IMG/VR virus record: IMGVR_UViG_3300028797_000119
Direction: 5' to 3' (one strand)
Origin: an uncultured virus (IMG/VR IMGVR_UViG_3300028797_000119)
Taxonomy: Duplodnaviria; Heunggongvirae; Uroviricota; Caudoviricetes
Length of the DNA: 62,432 bases
The notes beneath the pieces were generated by a model. The model worked only from the letters and a program-made list of their open reading frames with translations. It made no database searches and was not told where the DNA came from. A program made the position numbers and the translations under genes. Of this stretch, positions 56,895 through 62,432 are shown piece after piece (positions within the stretch are counted from its first letter, which is position 1; every line of letters starts with the position of its first letter).

Positions 56895-58349
56895 GTGAAC
56901 TACCCACCGCCTAAAGGCGGTGAGCTTCGAGTTTTCACTTCAACGGAGCCACTTGTGTCCTATCGGCAATACCGACAGGCATAGAGGAGGCTACCTCAGC
57001 GGAGGCGTGTTCCACACACTCGGCTCTCTTTGACGAGCCAATCATCAAGACCACACGGGCAGAATGGGTATCCCTGTCCATAGTATATCCGCAGTCGCAC
57101 TTGTAGATTCTGTCTGCAAGCGTCGGATGGTTTATGCAGCCACACATCGGACATAGCTTGGTAGTGGGTTCCCACTTTGAAATCTTGAAACTGCGACCGC
57201 TGTCTTCGAGAGCGACAAGCCGCTGTTTCAAAGAACCGAGGCATGAAGTCTGGACGGACTTACCGAACCACCCCTTTTGCCAGTTCTTAATCTGCTCGTC
57301 TTGAAAGTATATGACATCGTAGTCGGTTACCAGCACATGGTATATCTTGTTGGCAATATCCTTCCGTCTATTTGCCAAATGTTCATATTCCCTGGCCAGT
57401 TGACACTTACATCTCCATCGCCGCTTGGAGTCCTTCTCGGTCTTGTGCCTATTCAGCATTCGTGAAAGGTACTTTAGGTACTCCGATTCTTGCACTTTGC
57501 AGTTGTATTTGTCACCGTTAGATGTTGTTATGGAATCCTTTATGCCGAAATCAAGGCCAACCTCTCGATTGGTAGGATTCCTCGTTGATTTCGGTAGCAT
57601 AATGCTAATCTTTACATAGTAGCCCGATGCTTTGCGTACTAGCTTTGCATCGGCTATTTCAAACTTTTCAAACTGATGTAGTTGGTTTAATCCATTGACA
57701 CGGATTTTCTTGAATCCTGGTATAGTTATACGGCACCCATCAATAATCTGCGTGAACCCGGTAATGATAGGAATACAATCCACTTGCCGCTTGAACTTCA
57801 GTGCACCTATCTTCCGTCCATGTGCTTTGGACTTCGCCAAGTTCACTATGTCGGTCTTCTTCTGGGCTACCGTAGCACGGTGAAGCACCGACGGTAAGGT
57901 GATTGTCGAGGTTATCGGGTTCTTGTCCTTGTCGTAATGTATCACATCCTTGTGCTCGGTGTACTTGTAGTCGAACATACTGTTGTCTGGATTGTCCTTC
58001 GACAATGACAGCATATCGTTGATTACCCACTTCGCTTCCTTGAAGCAGTTGGATAACTTATCGAACACCGATTTCGGGTTGTGCCGTATAGAAACTTTAA
58101 GCTCGAATACACGGCAGACTTGTGTCTGCCGTCTAGCCTTCGTTGCTGACATGCTCGCTCGTATCTTGGCTTTCGTATCTTCGCTTCTTACCAGTTCCAT
58201 AACAAGTTTCTTGACTTCAATTAAAGTTTATAGTATCTTAACTCAAATATACAATAATTATGAGTCTTTCGAATGTTATTTATTTCTTACATTTGTTACG
58301 GCGGGTCTTACCCACACCCTAAAGGGTGTGAGCTTGCGACCGCCTATTT
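56895..58349 (-). mobile_element. IS200/IS605-family (tnpB-only, IS1341-like) element
   Basis: subterminal CTAAAG hairpins at both ends; right end ...GGTAGTTCAC; TTGAC target at 58350-58354. Confidence 0.85.
56935..58200 (-). CDS. tnpB: TnpB RNA-guided RuvC protein
   Basis: VGLDFGIK, FQDE, PTTKLCPMCG...CDCG..MDRD. Confidence 0.9.
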   Translation of the reverse strand: MELVRSEDTKAKIRASMSATKARRQTQVCRVFELKVSIRHNPKSVFDKLSNCFKEAKWVINDMLSLSKDNPDNSMFDYKYTEHKDVIHYDKDKNPITSTITLPSVLHRATVAQKKTDIVNLAKSKAHGRKIGALKFKRQVDCIPIITGFTQIIDGCRITIPGFKKIRVNGLNQLHQFEKFEIADAKLVRKASGYYVKISIMLPKSTRNPTNREVGLDFGIKDSITTSNGDKYNCKVQESEYLKYLSRMLNRHKTEKDSKRRWRCKCQLAREYEHLANRRKDIANKIYHVLVTDYDVIYFQDEQIKNWQKGWFGKSVQTSCLGSLKQRLVALEDSGRSFKISKWEPTTKLCPMCGCINHPTLADRIYKCDCGYTMDRDTHSARVVLMIGSSKRAECVEHASAEVASSMPVGIADRTQVAPLK

Positions 58350-58363
58350 GTCAATAGGTTAAA

Positions 58364-58399
58364 CAAAAAGCACCGTACGATAAAATCGCACGGTGCTTT
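58364..58399 (-). terminator. intrinsic terminator of the ter operon
   Basis: AAAAAGCACCGT...ACGGTGCTTT. Confidence 0.65.
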
Positions 58400-58416
58400 G
58401 CCGCTATATGGATTGT

Positions 58417-58821
58417 TTAAGCGGTTTTCTGGTCATGCATCGCGTCGTTCTTCAACGCCAACCAGTTGAAGAAACCAGCGATAGGCCATACAAGGATTAC
58501 CGTTAGTGTGGCGACGATAATGAATACCGAGTAAGTAGCGAAATACGGATGCGCGTAACGGAAAACGTTCACCGATTTTTCTTGCTTGAACGCGTCACAC
58601 GTCATGTTCTGTATCACCACTTGCGTCCCATCAATTTCAATTACTGTAGAAGGAATATGGACTACACCTTGTGTATTGTGGAACTTGTCGACGGTAAACT
58701 CCTTGATACATTTGCCTCCAGTCACGTCGCTGGTACAAAGACGTACCAACCCATAAGCCGCCGGGACTGCCAAACATATGTATACGACCAATGAGATGAT
58801 AATCAGAACTTTTTTAGTCAT
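58417..58821 (-). CDS. 2-TM membrane protein
   Basis: MTKKVLIIISL...; overlaps terD stop. Confidence 0.65.
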   Translation of the reverse strand: MTKKVLIIISLVVYICLAVPAAYGLVRLCTSDVTGGKCIKEFTVDKFHNTQGVVHIPSTVIEIDGTQVVIQNMTCDAFKQEKSVNVFRYAHPYFATYSVFIIVATLTVILVWPIAGFFNWLALKNDAMHDQKTA

Positions 58822-59429
58822 CAGTCGTCCCCACCATCGGTTTCGAGACCACGGTCTTGACAGAGCTTGTTCAAGCCAGCGTTGGTATAGTCTTGGCCAG
58901 CGGCCTTGAACGACCAAGTATTTCCGGTCTTGATAAGCTGAGCCATCAACATCGCGGTTGCTTTCGGATAGTCATCCTTCAAGTCGAAGCGGAGTTCTTC
59001 GTTTCCATCAGGACGGAACCTTTCGTCGGTGGAGACCACGCGGCAATAGGCATTCTTGACCATACCGAAAGTCTGGTGACGCTTCTTCCACTTGTATATA
59101 GTCACAGTGATGTCAATCGTCGTGATGTGGTCAGGAATCTTGTCGAAATCGATGAAGAGGTTTTCATCATCGGAAGAACCGGATCCACCAGATAGACTGT
59201 CGCCACCATAACGAATACCACCACTATAATGGGTCTTGTCCTCAGATTCCATTCCGTAGAAAATGATGTCGTCATCAGACGCACACTTTCCGTCAGAACC
59301 GAGAAGGAATGCGGACGCATCAAGGTCAACTTGCTGCGCACCGCAAGACCAGCCAAGACCAATCATGGCATACTTCACACCCTTCGAGAGAGCGATGACG
59401 TTGCCTTTCTTAGCCAATTTAACTGCCAT
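58821..59429 (-). CDS. terD: TerD-family protein
   Basis: GLGW..DLDASA...GD.L.G...DDE...W.FKA.G. Confidence 0.9.
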   Translation of the reverse strand: MAVKLAKKGNVIALSKGVKYAMIGLGWSCGAQQVDLDASAFLLGSDGKCASDDDIIFYGMESEDKTHYSGGIRYGGDSLSGGSGSSDDENLFIDFDKIPDHITTIDITVTIYKWKKRHQTFGMVKNAYCRVVSTDERFRPDGNEELRFDLKDDYPKATAMLMAQLIKTGNTWSFKAAGQDYTNAGLNKLCQDRGLETDGGDD

Positions 59430-59443
59430 TGTTTGCCTTCTTA

Positions 59444-60007
59444 TTACTTGAACTGATTGATGAAATCACCGAGAGAGCACTTGGCACCTTCGCCAATAGC
59501 TTTCATCTTCCATTCACCGTTGTGGCGGTAGATGTCAGCCATACGGATTCCGGTAGCGCCAGAGTAGTCTTCGGTAAGGTCGAAGCGGAGTTCTTCTTCG
59601 TTCTTGCCACCAGTGGTGTTAACGAGACGGACATAGGCGTTGTTCACTTGACCGAAGTTCTGCTTACGCTGTTCGGCGTTATAGATGTTGACCACGACCA
59701 CGATGCGTTCGATGTTAGCCGGCATCTTGGAGAAGTCAATCTTGATAGATTCATCGTCACCGTCGCCGGCACCCGTGAGGTTGTCACCGCTGTGGACGAT
59801 AGCACCACTAGGATGCTTCTTGTTGTTGAAGTAGATGACATCGGAGTCGGACGAAATCTTGCCGTTTGCCGTGAGCGCAATCACGGAAGCGTCAAGGTCA
59901 AATGCGTCACCGGAACCGGATTTCGCATCCCAGCCCAAGCCAATCAAGGCAGTCTGGGTGTTTTTGTCGAGAGCGTGGTTTTCACCTTTGGTAAGATTGA
60001 TGGACAT
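59444..60007 (-). CDS. terD: TerD-family protein
   Basis: GLGWD, FDLDAS, HSGDNLTGAGDGDDE, QNFGQV.NAYVR. Confidence 0.93.
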   Translation of the reverse strand: MSINLTKGENHALDKNTQTALIGLGWDAKSGSGDAFDLDASVIALTANGKISSDSDVIYFNNKKHPSGAIVHSGDNLTGAGDGDDESIKIDFSKMPANIERIVVVVNIYNAEQRKQNFGQVNNAYVRLVNTTGGKNEEELRFDLTEDYSGATGIRMADIYRHNGEWKMKAIGEGAKCSLGDFINQFK

Positions 60008-60023
60008 AGTTGTACCTCTTTTG

Positions 60024-60725
60024 TTATTTGTTGATAAATTTGTGGATTTGATTGACGACTTCCATCGGATAGTTTGCCTTGAGAGAGTCGCCGATTGCTG
60101 TGAACGACCATTCCTTGCCTTCGCGAGTAATTTTGCCGAGAATCAACGCAGTGTCGTTTTCATCGAGCTGACTGAGGTCGTAACGACACATTTCTTCACC
60201 GCTGACCGCATTAACGATGCGAAGATAAGCCTTGGTAAGGTCTTTGAACGACTGCTTCCTGGAGGAGGCTTGATAGATGTTCATGAAGACAACGATGCTT
60301 TCAGTATCTTTATGGACTTTGTTCAGTTCGATGTCGATGACTTCATCATCTTGTTCACCGTTGCTTCCAGTCAAGTTGTCGCCGCCGTGCTTCACACCAA
60401 GAACTTCCTTGTTGTGATAGCATACTATTGCATCATGGTCAGGTATAGGACCAATCGGAGACCCGTTCTTGTCGAGCAACACGCAAGAAGCGTCCAAGTC
60501 GTATTCGCCGTTGCTACGACGAGTGATGGTTTCCGTAACCGTTTTGGTGACGAGTTCTTGACCGAAAATCTTGCGGAATAAATTTCCGATTGACTTGACC
60601 GGAACTTCGTGTGTCACTGTGCGAGTACCTTTGGCGATTTCCCAACCCATACCGACGAAGATATGGGTGAGGGAATCGGTGTCTTTCTTCAGCTTAATGC
60701 TGCCACCTTTACTGAGCTTAATCAT
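60024..60725 (-). CDS. terD: TerD/TerZ-family protein
   Basis: MIKLSKG, GMGW, YDLDAS, GDNLTG...DDE. Confidence 0.88.
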   Translation of the reverse strand: MIKLSKGGSIKLKKDTDSLTHIFVGMGWEIAKGTRTVTHEVPVKSIGNLFRKIFGQELVTKTVTETITRRSNGEYDLDASCVLLDKNGSPIGPIPDHDAIVCYHNKEVLGVKHGGDNLTGSNGEQDDEVIDIELNKVHKDTESIVVFMNIYQASSRKQSFKDLTKAYLRIVNAVSGEEMCRYDLSQLDENDTALILGKITREGKEWSFTAIGDSLKANYPMEVVNQIHKFINK

Positions 60726-60727
60726 TT

Positions 60728-62432
60728 TTACTTCCTCGTAAGAGCCAGTTTCGCCAGAGAGGCGACCGGAATGATGGTGAAGGATAACACGGCGATGATT
60801 CCCCATTCAGCGGCACCAAACGGAACACAGCTGAACATCTTGGAAATGGTCTGGCAAACCGGGTTATTGAACTCGCCGATGTTGATGATGCCAGCCTGAA
60901 CAATGGCGATAATCGCAAGCACCTTCAAGAAGCCGGGGTTCTCGCTGAGGCGAGAGAAGATTGCGAAACGGTCAGAACGTACGTTGAAACCATTCCACAA
61001 GGCCGACCAGATAAAGAATGCGAAGAATGCGGTGTTCATCTGGAGTACAGAATCAAAGCGCGTTGTGAAGAACGGAACCTTGAGGAACACGAATCCAACT
61101 GCGATAATCCAGAATGCAGGGATAATCACGGATCCAATCATAGACTTGTCGATGATGGAATCTTCACGGTTACGCGGTTTTTCGGTCATGTAATTTGGAA
61201 GAGCTGGCTCTGAACCAAGCATCATTGATCCGAGACCGTCCATCACGAGGTTCACGAAGAGGAGGTGGACAACGGTAAGTGGCGGTTCACAACCAAATAG
61301 CGGAGCCAAGAGTGTCACGCCTACGGCGGCCACGTTAATAGTCAACTGGAACTTCACGAACTTCAAGATGTTGTGGAAGATGGTACGACCAAACCAGACA
61401 GCGTCCTTAATCGAGTTGAAATTGTCATCCAATATAATCAAGTCACCAGCTTCCTTGGCAGCTTCAGTACCAGATCCCATAGCGAATCCAACGTCAGCAC
61501 GCTTCAATGCCGGGGAGTCGTTCACTCCATCGCCAGTCATACCGCAGACGAGACCCATTTCCTGAGAGATGCGCACCATGCGAGACTTGTCAGTCGGCAA
61601 AGCACGAGCGATGACACGGATATCCTTGAGAATCTTCTTGATGTCTTCGTCAGACATAGCGGCAAGGTCGGTGGATGAAAGCACCACGTCCTTGTCACTG
61701 CGGACAAGACCGGCGTCCTTTGCGATTGCGCGAGCGGTTTCGAGACGGTCACCAGTAATCATCACAACTTGGATGCCAGCCTTTTGCATAGCTTCGATTG
61801 CGGTCTTTGCTTCCGGACGGACATCGTCGCGGATAGCGGCAACCGCCACGAGTGTCAAGTTGTCGTGGATGACGTTTTCTTCGAGTTCAGCTTCACAGTA
61901 GGCAAAGGCAAGCATACGCATAGCCTTGTTAGCCATTTCGTCAATTTTTGCATTAATAGCAGCTATGTCGACGTCACCAATGTTTCCATTGACATCCATA
62001 TACTTAGTGCATTTAGCAAGGATTTTTTCGGGCGCACCCTTGTATACAAGAGTACCGTCAGACAATTTAGCTTGGCTGAACTTGTTGGCCGAATTAAAAC
62101 CTTGCATAGCCGTCACGCCTACAGAGCATGCTTCGAAATTATCCTTACCGATATATTTCATCAAGGCATGTTCCGTCGCGTTACCACCGAGAACGTTACC
62201 CTTTCGGTCAAAAGTGGATTGCGTGTTACGAGCGATGCAGTTAATTAGCTTATCGGACATACCAGTGCTTGCTGCTTTTCCATCAAACAGTTCGACAACT
62301 TCGAGGTTACCCTTGGTAATAGTGCCCGTTTTGTCTGAGAACTGGATATTGACAGCACCAGCGGTTTCGATTCCTTGAGCCTTGCGCACTAAGACGTTAT
62401 GGTCAAGTAGCTTGGACGTATTTTGCATCAGC
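60728..62432 (-). CDS. P-type ATPase, Ca2+-transporting (PMCA-like); N-terminus outside window
   Basis: DKTGTIT, KGAPE, MITGD, MTGDGVNDSPALK. Confidence 0.92.
   Translation of the reverse strand, partial: LMQNTSKLLDHNVLVRKAQGIETAGAVNIQFSDKTGTITKGNLEVVELFDGKAASTGMSDKLINCIARNTQSTFDRKGNVLGGNATEHALMKYIGKDNFEACSVGVTAMQGFNSANKFSQAKLSDGTLVYKGAPEKILAKCTKYMDVNGNIGDVDIAAINAKIDEMANKAMRMLAFAYCEAELEENVIHDNLTLVAVAAIRDDVRPEAKTAIEAMQKAGIQVVMITGDRLETARAIAKDAGLVRSDKDVVLSSTDLAAMSDEDIKKILKDIRVIARALPTDKSRMVRISQEMGLVCGMTGDGVNDSPALKRADVGFAMGSGTEAAKEAGDLIILDDNFNSIKDAVWFGRTIFHNILKFVKFQLTINVAAVGVTLLAPLFGCEPPLTVVHLLFVNLVMDGLGSMMLGSEPALPNYMTEKPRNREDSIIDKSMIGSVIIPAFWIIAVGFVFLKVPFFTTRFDSVLQMNTAFFAFFIWSALWNGFNVRSDRFAIFSRLSENPGFLKVLAIIAIVQAGIINIGEFNNPVCQTISKMFSCVPFGAAEWGIIAVLSFTIIPVASLAKLALTRK

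Noticed and set aside
1..62432. Stop-codon reassignment, tRNA or rRNA genes
   Set aside because: Recognisable proteins are full length in code 11 with TAA, TAG and TGA stops. No cloverleaf or rRNA was recognised by eye, and tRNAscan was not run.

Overview
Most likely a segment of a large (jumbo-type) bacteriophage genome read in the standard genetic code. The host cannot be determined, and no capsid, terminase or polymerase gene is in the window, so the phage call is inferred. The window has four parts. (1) At 1-17.7 kb there is an array of about 34 short, co-oriented minus-strand genes, including ArdC, RadC/JAB and DUF2958-like proteins. Most are preceded by one of about 27 copies of a conserved 60-90 bp element with a covarying GC-rich hairpin (GGG-GAnn-CCC on +), a fixed TCCCC-N8-TAT-N6-TATACA spacing and an AAGGAGTTAA RBS on -. 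The complement of that RBS (TTAACTCC) recurs after several stop codons and in a tandem triplet of motif-plus-hairpin units. (2) A structured non-coding junction at 17.6-18.26 kb is followed by a GIY-YIG endonuclease with tandem repeats and two paralog expansions (20-27.6 kb). (3) An auxiliary metabolism and counter-defence block at 28.8-51 kb contains coaD/coaE, a CCA-adding enzyme, Thg1, a TARG1/DarG-like macrodomain, dTMP kinase, pncA, nadD-Nudix, pncB, pnuC and NADAR. (4) The right end holds an amidase endolysin, putative late genes with an ATAAACT motif, a GT2, an IS200/IS605 tnpB element inserted in a promoter, three TerD proteins and a P-type ATPase. A separate ORF-less IS200/IS605 derivative sits in the 3' end of pnuC. 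All calls were made by eye from motifs; no database searches were run.
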